From Raillietiella orientalis (Eukaryota): DNA of 64,000 nt. Shown in pieces: positions 52,311-64,000 of the stretch. The position numbers and the translations under genes were made by a program. The first letter of the stretch is position 1. Each line of letters opens with the position of its first letter. The notes under the pieces were generated by a model that was not told the DNA's origin, did not search any database, and worked only from the letters and a program-made list of their open reading frames with translations. The stretch is from contig JAYWIR010000044.1 of NCBI GenBank assembly GCA_036172245.1, forward strand, positions 124,001-188,000, in the 5' to 3' direction.

Positions 52311-53379
52311 GGGAAATATTGCGGTGACCCCTGCGCGCAAGGAAGGGCGCGAGTCGTGAGTGGGTTTGCTAGAAGTGAGCACCGACCGGAACAGGTAACA
52401 GGGAAAAAACACGTCGGTTGCCTCTTTTCGCTCGGAGTCCCGCCTCTCACACCTGCTGGATCCGCATCGCCCGTCCACATGGTGGCTGAATGCCTTCCTT
52501 TGGAAAATGCTTTCGGATGGTCTGTCCTGGCTACTGCCGCTGGCTGAAGGGAAACTGGACCCCTCGGCTCTGACCTACAAGTCTGCCATCAGGGCTGCAG
52601 CCACTCTTTTTTTGTTGCGTTTCCTCTTGCAGTGAATGGATGGATGATGTCTTTCATTAGAACAGTCCTCTTTGCTCTGCCGAACGTCGGGTGTGTTTTC
52701 GCTGACGTTGCCCCAAGCGTTATTAACGAGGAATAGGAAGGAATTGAAGCCTTCCAACCTCGCTCTCAGGGAAGATGGACAGACGTCGCGTAATGAAGTT
52801 CAAAGGGCATGGTTTCGGAGATGATTCCTTTTCATTCCCGGAGAGTGAAACGAAGCACTCGATGCTCGACCATTCAGGACAGAGCCCTGACAGGTGGCAA
52901 TGCGATTTCCTCGACGTCTCCGCCTGCGCTCCCATCACCATTTACAAATCGCTGGTAATTATCGAGGTTCCCGCCGGATTTCTCTGCCCGCGAAGTGTGA
53001 AAATGCACCAAGTGGAAGCTGCGACTCACAGCAAATCGGCAGGGTCGGGAGGCGTCTTTTTCGCGGGAAGGGGGTCGTCGTCGTAGCGTGAGACCCTTCT
53101 CCTCCCCGTGAAGTCCCCAGGTCACACGGTTTGCCAACGCCTTCCTCCGGCGAGAGTGGAGGGTGTGCCTCGTGAATTTTCGCTTCCTTCGGGAACACCC
53201 TTCCCTGGAACGAGGACGTCTGGTTGCTTTCCGGCTGCCCTCGTGATTCTTTCGTGCCCTTCGGCAGTCACTTCCCGTGCCACGGGGGCGGGAGTCCACC
53301 CTCGCTGATGGGTGGCTCGTGCGCCTTTTGGCCCACTCGCCAGAAGGCGAACTTGTCCGGAAGAGCGGACGGCACCGCG

Positions 53380-53980
53380 GGACGGTGTCAACGTTGGTGA
53401 CCATGTGTCTGCGGCCTACGCGCGTTGCGAGTTCGAGGATCGATGTCGAGAACGGGGGGTGCGTCGTGGGTTTCGAGTCTCCCCGCAAGATGACGCTGGT
53501 CGGCCCACAGGCATCTGGTGCGGCACCGGCGGGAGCCAGATGCCCCCGTTGACTGTCCAGGATTGGAACTGGACTCTCCGGGGTCCTTCCAGGAATCAAG
53601 GATTCCATTTCCTTCGGGGTTTTCCTCCGGCTGTGAAAATGGGGCCGTTTTATGGAGCTATTTGACACCCCTTTCGGGTGGTTGCCTCTCCAGAGTGCAA
53701 AGAAGCATGCCGCTCCCTTCAGGAAGCGACCCTTCAGAGAAATTGGGAAGCGTCTCTTCAGGGTGCTTTTCAGAGAAGTCAACAGGGGACATCTTTTTTT
53801 CCAGGGGATCCCTCCAGAGGAGAAACGAAAGGTGGCTTCCTTCCGGGAAACCCTTTTGGAGAGAATGAGGAATATGCTCGTCCCTGCCAAGCGTGGGAGA
53901 GACGGAGCCTTCCTGGGATTCGTAGAGTTACCCCCTAGCCTAGAAAGTCACATCGCACTCCCGGGAGGACGGTGCTAGAA
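53380..53980 (+). mobile_element. tRNA-derived SINE, near full length
   Basis: GGGTGCGTCGTGGGTTTCGAG...CGCAAGATGACGCTGG core, GGTCCTTCCAGGAATCAAGG body and family tail. Confidence 0.75.
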
Positions 53981-55279
53981 GAGTTTCGTGAGTTCCGCCT
54001 AAAGAGGCGAACGGTTCTTCAGCACTCGGCGAACCGGAAGAGGAAGCACTCCCCGTCGGAGTTCGGCCTCAGCAACACCGAAGCCAGGAAAGGGGAAGAT
54101 TTTGCTTCAGATGCGGCGGTGTCGCCAGCGGCGATGGCTGAGGGAAAGTCGGAGAGACCGGGTCAAGACGCGGTACTCCGGCGGTCGTCCGACGCAGCAG
54201 TGCCCTAGCGGAAATGTAGGAAACCTTTCTTCCGAGCCTGGTCGTCTTGCTGATCTGCGGCATCGCAGTTCTCGCCTGCTGGAGAGGGAGCGACCCCAGC
54301 CGAACGTCCGCATCTCTCGAAGCGTGGCGGATCGCAAACCCCTGCCGCCTTCTTCCCCTGAGGGTCTGCCTTCGCCTGGATTCCTCACGTGGGAGTTCCA
54401 GAGGCATGCGTGTGAGCAGAGACCACGGCAGGCTGCTATCGAGGGGTTCGGGGGAATGACAGGGCCGCAGCCCTGCGTCGAGCGCCCACGATCCTCAGCG
54501 AGGTCAGAAGCGGTTGGAAAATCGCAGGAACCACGGGAGAGCCATCCGCGCAATCGGCGCGCACGATCTCCAGCCTCTTCGATTCGCGAGGGATGGGAGG
54601 GATCTGGGATGCTTCCCGGTTCGGAGGGCAGCGGGAGGGCATGTTGGACTTTGGGATGTCGCCATGCTGCCTGAAAGTGTCGCTCGGGGTGCTCTGTCCC
54701 GCACACTCGGCGGCCTCACCGACCGGAGGTGGCAATTCGAGAGAACTGGGAAGGGAAAAATGAGCTCATCCATGGAGTGGACTCTTCCCTCCCGTCTGGA
54801 TCCCCTGCTCTCCATGGGATAGCTTCCTTCTCCTCACTCCCGTCCCGCATGATGCGTTCAGTAATGCTCGGGAAAGGATCCAAGACCAACCCTTTGCCTC
54901 CTCCCCTTCTCAACGAAGGATTCTGAGGTGACAACCATAGCTTTACGGTCCCGGACTCCTCAAAACAAAGGGGCAACACGGGAGTCCCCTTTCCAACTGG
55001 CTGCACACCAACAAAGCAAGGCGCCTTGTAGTTTGCCTCCAGGATTCAGCATGGCCGCCATATCCATGGAATCCCTGGATTGGGACGGCGCCACTTTGTG
55101 GTTTCCGTTCGGGTCCGGTGCGGATGCATGGAGGTCCGTCGGACTTCCTGTCAACACCCAGGAAGAACCGATATTAACCGATGCGAGCGTGGACGAAACT
55201 TCTCGGAAACGACACTGCAAACCTCATACGAACAGGGCAACAAGATAGGGAGAAAGAAGGTGGAAGGGGGGGAGATTGA

Positions 55280-57880
55280 GAAGAAGGGCAAGGCATGAGG
55301 ACAGCGAAGATCGTGAAGATGGCGGCTCCTTCATCCTGTGCACACCTCCTAATGACTCGGTAAGCGAACCTTGGGATACGCCGCAGCTCCGAGGCTTCTA
55401 AAAATCCTTCCAAAGGTCTTCAGAAGACGGCATCCACGTGATCTGGGGTGAAAAAATCGGTGCAGCACCAGCGACGGGCGGGATTTTCCGGAAGTTTCTC
55501 AGATCCCGACATGGGATCTCCAGTGGGCAGATCACGGCTGTACATCACCGCCATGCGCTGCCAGTCCTGATGGAGCCCTGAGAATTCCCGAGCGCGTGTG
55601 GGAAGAAGGGTTTTAGCTACCCCTCAGTAAGTAAATCCCTCGGGGATCTTCCCCTCCGAGACGCGGCGACGTTCCTCTACCCAAGGGAGACTCTCGCGCC
55701 AGCCGCAGGATGGCGATGTGTAGGTCCACCCTTGCGCGCCCCGGGGGAGCTCCTGCCCTCGTATTCTAGGAGTGGACGGAGCTGAAAACACAGACCCTTG
55801 AGAAAAGGGTCCATCATCTGAAGCTGTTACCTCCCCCCAGTGACCATCGGACCCTTTCATTTCGAGGCGGAACTCTCTCTCCTTTCTTGCCTTGGAGTCA
55901 AGAGTAAGAAGGTCGCCCCGGGAGTTCATAATTTAACGCAAACACGCTTCTCCCGTTAGAGAGGAAGTCGTATTTGCGTTTTTCGGATCCCCACCTGCAG
56001 GTCCCATCGGCATGGAGACTTCTCTCTTCTTCTCGTCTCCATCTTTCCTGGAATCAGTCTCCCCGGAAATCGCGTGAAAAAGGGGGAGAAGAGGAAAGAG
56101 AATCTCCCTCCAGAAGTGTTCCCCACGGACGTGGATAGATCGAGTTAGCCAGTGCAGGATACATGGGGCCAGCGCTCGCACGAATCCCATTAAGAGAGGT
56201 CAGCAGGATTCCTACGCTTTGTGTTTCCTGTCCGGAGGAGGTGCAGGTACTCCGCAACGAGACACCTGGAGAGACGTACCTCCATTCGTAGGTTCGCCTC
56301 TAGCGGAGGCCACATCCCTGGATTGTTGCCCTGTTGCCCAAGATCCTCTGTCTTTGGGAGCCGGGATTTGCAGCCCTCTCTTGAGGCCGGCTCCCTGCCG
56401 TCATCTCATGCAGTCTCCACCTTTGACCTCCCTGCGCCTGAGCGTTCGGGACCCGAGGGCTGTGATCTGCTCGTTCACCGGCTCGGATTCGAAGCGCCGC
56501 TCCGCGTTGCCTCTCCACGGCGCCTGGCGCGGCGTCCGAACACCTCTTCTCAGCTGGCGCGGCGCAACGCTACAACGTCCGAAGGGTTGTCAGTGCCTTT
56601 GCGCGCGAGCTGGCAGGTCCGTTCGCCATCAGCCTTCCTTACTTTTCTTCCAAGGCCCTTATCAACCACCACCCCCTTCCTCGAGTGTTCATCCTTCCAG
56701 AGGGGGTTCCAGGTGGTTCCTTGGAGGTTGAGCAGATGTTCGCCTCTCCGATAGCGTGGTGCAGTGACAGAGTAGATGCCATGCTCCTACCGTGATGGCC
56801 GACCTCGGACAATCTCCAAGGCAAAGCAACTTTTCGTAATTCCGCAGGAGTTGGGAGGCGCCCGCGTTGGCAGTCTTGTGGCTGCATGGCACCAGCCGTC
56901 GCGGGTTCGGATCCCATCCGGGAAAAGATCGACTCCAGAGAAACAGGGGGTTGCGTCGTGGGTTTTGAGTTCTCGCAAGATGACGCTGGCTGGTCTATTC
57001 GGGTGTGGCACTGGTGGAATCTGGAAACCCTAGATGCACTGTTGAGCGACCGGGATCGGAAGTTGACTCTGCGGAGTCCTTCCAGAAATCGAGGAATTAG
57101 TTCCCTTCGGATTTCCCCTACGGTTGTGAAATAGGGTCGTTCCATGGAGCTGCTTGGTACTTCCTTCGTGGGAGTGCCTCTCCAGAGTGTAAGAACCCCG
57201 CTGCTCCCTTCGGGAAGCTCCTTCCAGAGAAATTTGAAATCCAGGAGCAAATCCTTTCCAGATTCCCATCCGAGAAAAAACGGAGTTGGCCCCAGAAACT
57301 GTGGGACTCCTTCCTTCACCTTCCTGAATTCATGGGGTGCCACCTTCTCCACTCTTCATAACTTGGAGTCACACACCCCCTCTGGTGGCGTGGACAATGT
57401 GAAAGAGCTTAGTGAGCCCCTAGGCGAACGGCCCTCGAGTGCTTTGGGAACCAGGAGTCAGGATTTTCGGCAGCTGCTTGCAAGTTCTCTCTTGGAAGCC
57501 GGGCTACCAGCTGCCCTGGTCTCGGCGCGGAAGAACTCCGTCTCCTTGATCTCTGGAGCTGCCGCCTTCTTCGTCCACTCGCTGAGAGAGGGTGGCTCAG
57601 AAGACTCCGCCCAGATGGCTGTGGAAAGGCGGGACGAGGGGTCAGCACCTCCTCAACCATTTCGCTCTTTCTCAGCACTTCGGCATTTCGAAACGGCATG
57701 CCGACTACCCGTGGAATCCCAAGGCTGCAAAGCACTGGAATCCCCAGCGCCGGACTGCATCAGGGAGCGAAGAGCACAGCTCGGGTTCCTCGAGCAGGTC
57801 ACGGCACGTGAGCGCTGCATCACCCGGGAGTCGCCGGCTGCCAGTGGGCCTCATTCCTTGGCTGCGTGAACCGATTCCTC
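55280..57880 (-). mobile_element. Older L1/Tx1-like ORF2 remnant interrupted by a SINE
   Basis: RT-thumb-like remnants (~57420-57880 and 56650-56850) and a zf-RVT-like remnant LHQDWQRM...LP...NP.R.WC...H (~55420-55580). Confidence 0.4.
56855..57410 (+). mobile_element. tRNA-derived SINE, near full length
   Basis: GCGGGTTCGGATCCCATCCGGG B-box, family core and tail CACACCCCC...GGCGTGGACAATGTGAAAGAG. Confidence 0.75.
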
Positions 57881-58464
57881 CGACCTTTTTCTCTTCACGT
57901 GGGCGCGCCGCGGCGCTGCGTTCGTGGCTCAGAGTCGTCCGGGAGCGCTTGCTCGCTTCGCGTTGGAGAGATGAGCAGCCGCCTGCCTTTTGCGTTGGCG
58001 CTGGGATGGTGCTGCTGCTACTCGTGTCTCACCCGGATTAAGGCTGCGCCCAGGACGACGGCGCCACGACCGACATGCCATCGCCACCTTTCTAGACGCG
58101 GTAGAGAGGAGGACGGTCAGGAGGAGGAGGAAGTGAGGACGAAGCGAGAAAGAGGAGCTGGAGGAAGAGGAGGAAGAAGGAAGGTGGAGGAGGTGTCAAG
58201 GGAGCCCGCTACTAGGTGGTTGTATTCGTCTTTCTCATCTACACCCAACTTTCACATCCTCCAATTCAAGTAAAAGTCGCCGCAGACCTCTGCGCCTTCA
58301 GCATCCACTCAGAATCTTGAGTGGTCACTCCTACCGACTCTCCACCCTTGCCCTCCGCGGAACTCCATCACGAGTTTGATTCAAATTTCAGTATAAGAAA
58401 GACATTAAGAAGAAGACCACAACCAGAAAAAGAGTAGGGCTTCCACCGTGTTCACTTCCTGCCC

Positions 58465-59150
58465 TCAAAACATTGTTCCACGCCTCCCGAGGGTGCGTGT
58501 AATTCTTCAAGATAGGAAACACCCCGGGAGAGGGCCACTCTATGAATCCAGGAAGGTCCTGGAATCCGTTTCCCCCAAGCCCGGGGAGAGATTCCTGAAG
58601 AGAACCTTCCACCTGGCTATCTTCGAAGGCCGCTCCGAAGAGAGTGTCCTTCCTTATTCTCTCCGAAGAGACCCCCGGAGGGGTCAGCTCCATTTTTTCT
58701 TCTCCGGAGGGAACCCACAAGGGAACCGCTCCGCTGAAGAGAACCTCGAAGGGACGGTTCCGAATTTTCTCAAAAGAGCGCTTCCCGAAGGAAGCGGCAT
58801 GCTTCTCTGCGCTCTCTGGAGAGGTGGCGACAGTACCTACTCCATCAGTAGGACACGGAGGGTCCCCCCCTAAGGGGGAGGGGACGGCTCCTTTACACAA
58901 CCGGAGAGGAACTGCCACTCCTTGATTCCTGGAAGGACCCAGAGGTCGACTCCCAATATCGGCCACTCATCGAGGGCATCCGATTTTAACCGCTACCGAC
59001 GCCGCATCCGAATGAATGGAGGCCAGCCAGCGTCATCTTGTGGGAGGAACTCGAACCGACGACGCACCCCCTATCTCTCGGCGTCGATTTTTTCCGAGTA
59101 TTCAAACCCGTGGCGTTTGATGCCGCGTGAGGAGACCCTGCCACGTGGCC
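58465..59150 (-). mobile_element. tRNA-derived SINE, near full length
   Basis: Same head, core and tail on the minus strand. Confidence 0.75.
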
Positions 59151-59169
59151 TCCGACAGGGGCAGCTGGA

Positions 59170-59800
59170 GAGGCAGCCGTCCAGCCTGGACAGGTCAACA
59201 TCTCTCTAAATAGGCACTGTGGACCCGAACTGCTCTGCAGGTGAGGGGAATGGGGATCCCAGTTACCACACCTGCTTGTAGACTGTTGCCCTCCGGTCCC
59301 TGTAGTGCCCTTGGTCAACGGACGGAGAATCCCAGGGACGTGTTGAAACTCCTCTTCGTGAGCGATGCCCTTTCGCCTACCTCATCCCCAGCAGCTCTTT
59401 GCTGCTGCCTACTTTGGACTGAGACGGCCTGGAGCTACTCGAGAGGAGGACGGCGCGATAGGCACGCCATTTGCTTCTCCCTGCGCTTACTGAGGACGGC
59501 AGCTAGATGGCCCCTCCTGGGGCATACTCGGATGGAACTTGCCGGCGTCCTGGAAAGGATGCAGAGGACACCCTCCAGAAAACAGTGATCCCCTCCCATG
59601 GACCTCAGAGTTTTTTTCTTATTATTTCTTTTTATTTTTTGTTGCCTCATCCTCCCTCCTTGCTCCGCTGCCGAAGCGAACCTCGCCGACCTGTGTGCCA
59701 GCTACTCGGCAGGTTCCGAACTCTTTCGGAAGTTGTCGAGTCGATGGCCCTACACTTTGTATGTTTACCTTCCTAATAAATGCCCCGGCGCACCTGCGCC
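59170..59800 (+). mobile_element. 5'-truncated copy of the Tx1-like LINE
   Basis: RDVLKLLFVSDALSP...RMELAGVLERMQRT; 3' UTR ending AATAAATGCCCCGGCGCACC. Confidence 0.85.
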
Positions 59801-59969
59801 TGAAACTAGGACTCCCGCTGAGCCGTTGTGGCCTCCCTCGTTCCAAAGGAGAGTCCGGTGCTTCAGCGAGATGGTGGTCCCCTGATAACTTGGAGGAGGC
59901 TTGGAAACTTTCTTGGGATCTCCATTGGCCTGCACAGATTGACCGGCCGCTTCTTTACCGGGCATCCTC

Positions 59970-60295
59970 CGATCACGGACAGCAACGGCGGAGCGGGTAG
60001 GGAGGTTCCGGAAAATCTGTCCCTCGGATTTCTTCATCGGGCATCTCCTGGGAACCACGAGCTCCGCTAGGAAGAGAAGTTTGGGAGGCACCCGGAAGCT
60101 GAAAGGTGCTGCCTGTCAGCTCAGCAGGGAAGTTAGCAGAGGTGGTCAGCCGTCGCACTGCCGCGCGACCGAAACCGCATCGTCCAGGATTCGAGGTCGA
60201 CTTTGAACTGCCCGGGGGCAATTTCGGTCTCAAACGAAGCGTTTCGGAGATCTCTTTCCCTCCTTGTCTACTCAATCGAGAAAAGGGGAGGGGGA
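59970..60295. repeat. Unclassified interspersed repeat, inverted copy of 26025-26370
   Basis: Reverse-complement match over ~320 bp. Confidence 0.75.
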
Positions 60296-60999
60296 AGGAG
60301 TAGTGACGTAGTCACTGGCTCTTTGCTGTCTTTCAGCAAGAGAATGCAGCCCCGAATGCAACCCCCGATCCCTTGCGAGGGATGGTCTGTTGTGTCCTCT
60401 TTGGGGAACTTCTGCCTTCCCCCGGATTGTGCCGGAAACTGGGAGGCTTCAGGTTCCGAAAAGGATCGCAAATTCCTCGCTTGCTGCTGATCACCCTCCG
60501 GTAAGATGGCATGGTGCGCATGGGGGTGGTTGCCGGCAAGCGGATTCCGGTACAGATGGCGTGCCACTCGGGAGCCGCCCTCGGGGAAGGATAGCGAGCT
60601 CCTCGGGAAGGAAGCTCCCGGTGCCAGACGAGCTAGATGCGTATGGATCACTCTTCGCCTGAGAAGAAGAAAGACGAAGTACGCCGCCCGCGAGTAGCGA
60701 TAGCCACCCAAGATGAAGAGGAAGTGTGAGGCCGTCATCCCAGGTATCCATCACTTAAGTGCAAAAGGCACTGCCAAATCCGAAAGGCAAGGAGTCTTCC
60801 AAAGGAGCACATGGCTCGGACCGAGTGGCTGGCTGGTTCTCTGGGAACGTACGAATGCAGCTTGCTCAAGACTCTGGCTCATGGAGGAATGCTCCAGGGA
60901 TGATGAGAACGGATCGAGGGAGGAGTTTCCACCGTCTTCGTTGCCTGATCCCTTGAGCTCTTCCTGTGATCCCCCCTCGTCCCGTCCGATGTTTCAGGC

Positions 61000-62500
61000 A
61001 TGCGTCCCGGCAACGCCAGATGTTTCAGCGCGCCATGTCCTTTTTGACGCATCCCGCCTCCTTCTTGGGAATTTTCGGGACTTCAACGGGATGCCTGGAG
61101 ATCCTAATACGATGGCACTTACAGCTACCGGTATTCGTTTAGAAAAGAAGTGGAAGATTAGTCCTCGACCACATTTATTCTCCTTCCTCTTTCTTGCCAA
61201 TTCCACAGCCTTCGATGAGCACTTGGCGGGAATGTCCTCCACAGCCACTGAAGCACTTGGCTTCGAATATGTTCCTGGGATGGGCCGATTGGCAGCTACC
61301 AGATCCCCTGTTCCAGGACAGGCATGTCTCTGCAGTCACCTCCCAGCTGATGATGCACCTGCTGAGGATGTGGTCTCCCTTCCTCTCCACTTATACTACA
61401 ATCCTAGCAGTCGATTCCCGCCCAACCATTGAATACATCTGAGCCGTACAAGGGAATACATAATTCGGTTAAAATGATACAGTGTAGTCGCTTTTGACCA
61501 CCATCTGCCTTCTCAGCTCTGTGCACTCCACTCCATGCATCACCAGCTCATACGTGGCTCTCCTGCCAGTGAATGACCACACTCCAAAGAAAGGATTTTC
61601 ATTATCTTCATAAGTATGGCGCGATTAAGAACACCTACAGGAGGAGAAACGGTGAATTTCAGAGTTGGTGATGAAACACAGAAGCCTGTGAGGCGGGGAA
61701 GGGGAAGGAAATTATGGTTCCGACGGTGCAATCAGTAGGCCAATTTGGTGTTCCCGATGGAAAATCGGGTCTGCAAGAAGTTTGCATCGTCGCGAGCTGC
61801 AGCGTGTTCTGTCCGGGGAACAAATGACAGGAACTCGACATCTTCTTTCCTCTTTCAGCTAGATGCTTTCTGGATCAACAAAGCATTCATCAAGTACTCG
61901 GTTCGGGAGAAAACAGGTTTTAGCGAGGCTTTTCTGGCTTATCTAGACCGCATCCGGAGACAAAATACGGGAACGGCGGTTTACTTCCACCATCATTGTT
62001 TCTTTCCTTTTCCCGTTTTTGCAGATACGTCTTCGAGTCGGAAAGTGGTCTTCCTCTGCCTGTGCGCCGACATCGGAAATTCAGCGAATGTGCAGCTTCG
62101 AGGCAGGAAAGTCTTTGTGACAACACGGGGTCGCAGGGACTCCTCCGGTTGTCTCGCTAAAGAGCCAGGACGGACTCTCACGGCAGAGTCCGATCTAGAG
62201 GACACGGGTCGAAGGCATCGCGTACCGCGCAAGCTGCTCACGTGACCCCTCCAGGCCAGTGCTCGCCGTACATCATAACGAAATTCGCTGTTGAAGAAAC
62301 GAATCAGGTAGAAGCCCTCCACGAAAAAGAGTTGCGGGACTTTGTGGCATGAGAATCATATCCCTCCATCCACGGGTGGATAAATGGTGTGTCTTCTGCA
62401 GCTGTTGCTGGAATTTCACTTCAGGTGACCGCTGGGAAATCTTCGTGAAGAATCCACTCGCACCCTACGCCATGTCCGTCACCTTGAGCTCCTGAGCTCA
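61000..62500 (-). mobile_element. Mutator-like (MULE, ZSWIM-type) transposase remnant
   Basis: KVPQLFFVEGFY (FPExLFVDATY-like), VV(T)KDF...FP...TFR, EYLMN, and a degenerate SWIM finger near 61250-61350. Confidence 0.5.
61306..61394 (+). repeat. 89 bp direct repeat, copy 1
   Basis: Matches 62556-62644 with two substitutions. Confidence 0.95.
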
Positions 62501-62555
62501 TGCGAACCACCGAAGACGGTCCCTTATGTCAAGTTACGTGATCCAAGCCTGGCTT

Positions 62556-62644
62556 CCCTGTTCCAGGACAGTCATGTCTCTGCAGTCACCTCCCAGCTGA
62601 TGATGCACCTGCTGAGGGTGTGGTCTCCCTTCCTCTCCACTTAT
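62556..62644 (+). repeat. 89 bp direct repeat, copy 2
   Basis: Matches 61306-61394 with two substitutions. Confidence 0.95.
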
Positions 62645-62699
62645 GCGATACCGTTGGAACCGATCTCGGTCGCCTCCCGAGCGTGAGGTCGGTTTCATC

Positions 62700-63330
62700 C
62701 ACCGCCGCTCAGACCAGACCGTCCGTGGATATCAGCTTAGCGGGAAGGATACGGCCGTCCAGGGCAATCTAACAAGGATAAATCACGCCATTCAGAAGAT
62801 TCCATTCTCAACACCGAACAGGAGAGAAGAATCGAAAGGCGGATGGTGAAACTTCGGCGTCGGACACGGTGAGCAACGGATTCCTGGATCGTCTTGCTAG
62901 GGAGAGGCCAAATCCCTCCTGGAGCTGCTACCGAGGCTTGGAAAATCGAAACGCTCCTGGGAGGCGCGCAATAGCCGGGCAGACAGGGGGTCCTCTAGAG
63001 TGACAGGGATTCGAAACCACCTTCCCGAATTTTCCTCGAGAAACGAGAGACCAGCACAGCTGCGAGTTGTCTGTGGACGGAGATACTGAAGGATGCGCGA
63101 TGCGTCCCGAATTGGACGGGACGGAGGACCAGGACACGCATCCTTCCTTCTACGGGCGTCAAAAGTTGTCCCCCGCGTTCGAACGCATGATCGAAGAGAC
63201 GCGAGCGCACGGGCTCGTCTGCGCGGTGGACAAAGGCAACGGCGAAGGGCACTTCCTGCTTCCTGCCGGCTTCCTGCGATTCCTGGAAGTGCATAGGTCG
63301 GGGTGCCTTGCAATCTGAAACGGAACGGTT
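62700..63330 (+). mobile_element. Possible CACTA/EnSpm transposase remnant
   Basis: GC.., RVRTHD and KGTSCF...GF remnants in the order seen in Tnp2-type transposases. Confidence 0.35.
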
Positions 63331-63704
63331 GGATTCGCAAGGATGACTCCTGGATTTGCGGAAGACCTACAGGATGAAAACTCTTACTTTCTGTGGACCA
63401 CCTGCAGAGAACGGAGCATTTAAGGAAGCGCCCGGAATCCCGGATTGGAGACACTGAAGTGGCTGGCTGGTAGAGGAAGCTCCACCGGTTCGGAAGAGCT
63501 TGTGTGAAAAACACGTATGCAGCCGGATCTGAAAACGCAGCTGCTGCCATAAATGCTGCTTAATAGTGGATCCAATTTGTCTCAGGAGCATCTGTTAGGA
63601 TCAAACACTGACTGCATCTTTGCCGATCTGCCTTGATGCAAACTACATTCATCTGGTGGTACTCAGTAGAGAAATAGGTGAGTAATGTAATATGAGGCAC
63701 GAGT

Positions 63705-64000
63705 AAGTTTCCATCCGGGTTCTCCGGGGCTTTTATTTAAACCTAAAATAAACATTTACAGAGTTTGTATGGTCGGACAGCTGTTTCAACCACGCCCTTT
63801 TTGTAAATACCCTGCCGTTTGAAGGGTTCGCAGACCGGTGAGGACCACCACGGCAGCAGAGGGGAGGGGCCAAACAAAAGAAAAGTAAACGAAATAAAAA
63901 TAAAACAATTTTAGGAGGGTACGGGAAGGGATCACAACCTGCTGAGGGAGGTCTTTTGCATCCTTTGGAGGATGCCGACAAGGTCTTCTTTTATGTAGAT
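63705..64000 (-). mobile_element. 3' end of the Tx1-like LINE, running off the window
   Basis: GGCATCCTCCAAAGGATGCA C-terminal motif, T-rich tract, hairpins and AATAAAAGCCCCGG on the minus strand. Confidence 0.8.

Noticed and set aside
52874..53890. 338 aa ORF
   Set aside because: Largely the antisense reading of a SINE copy.

Overview
Eukaryotic sequence, most likely animal and possibly arthropod (inferred from the mariner, piggyBac, Penelope and tRNA-SINE content). It is essentially non-coding and I find no intact long gene. The best host-gene signal is a probable signal-peptide first exon on the minus strand (474-390) in a very GC-rich, promoter-like first kilobase, preceded by a short uORF. 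The remaining ~63 kb looks like that gene's upstream region, filled with decayed transposons. One L1/Tx1-like LINE family is present as about 10 3'-end copies, one of them near full length, and its 3' UTR shows clear covarying stem-loops. There is also a ~600 bp tRNA-derived SINE family (about 12 copies or fragments), a mariner derivative with two 3' ends, and frameshifted remnants resembling RTE, L2/CR1-type, NeSL/R2-type, Penelope, Gypsy, Copia, MULE, piggyBac, Academ and CACTA elements. Two near-identical inverted duplications (256 bp and ~736 bp) bracket the middle ~32-38 kb and suggest a recent inversion and/or gene conversion. Element classes were assigned by eye from motif remnants, boundaries are approximate, and no database search was run. 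Most ORFs in the supplied track look spurious.
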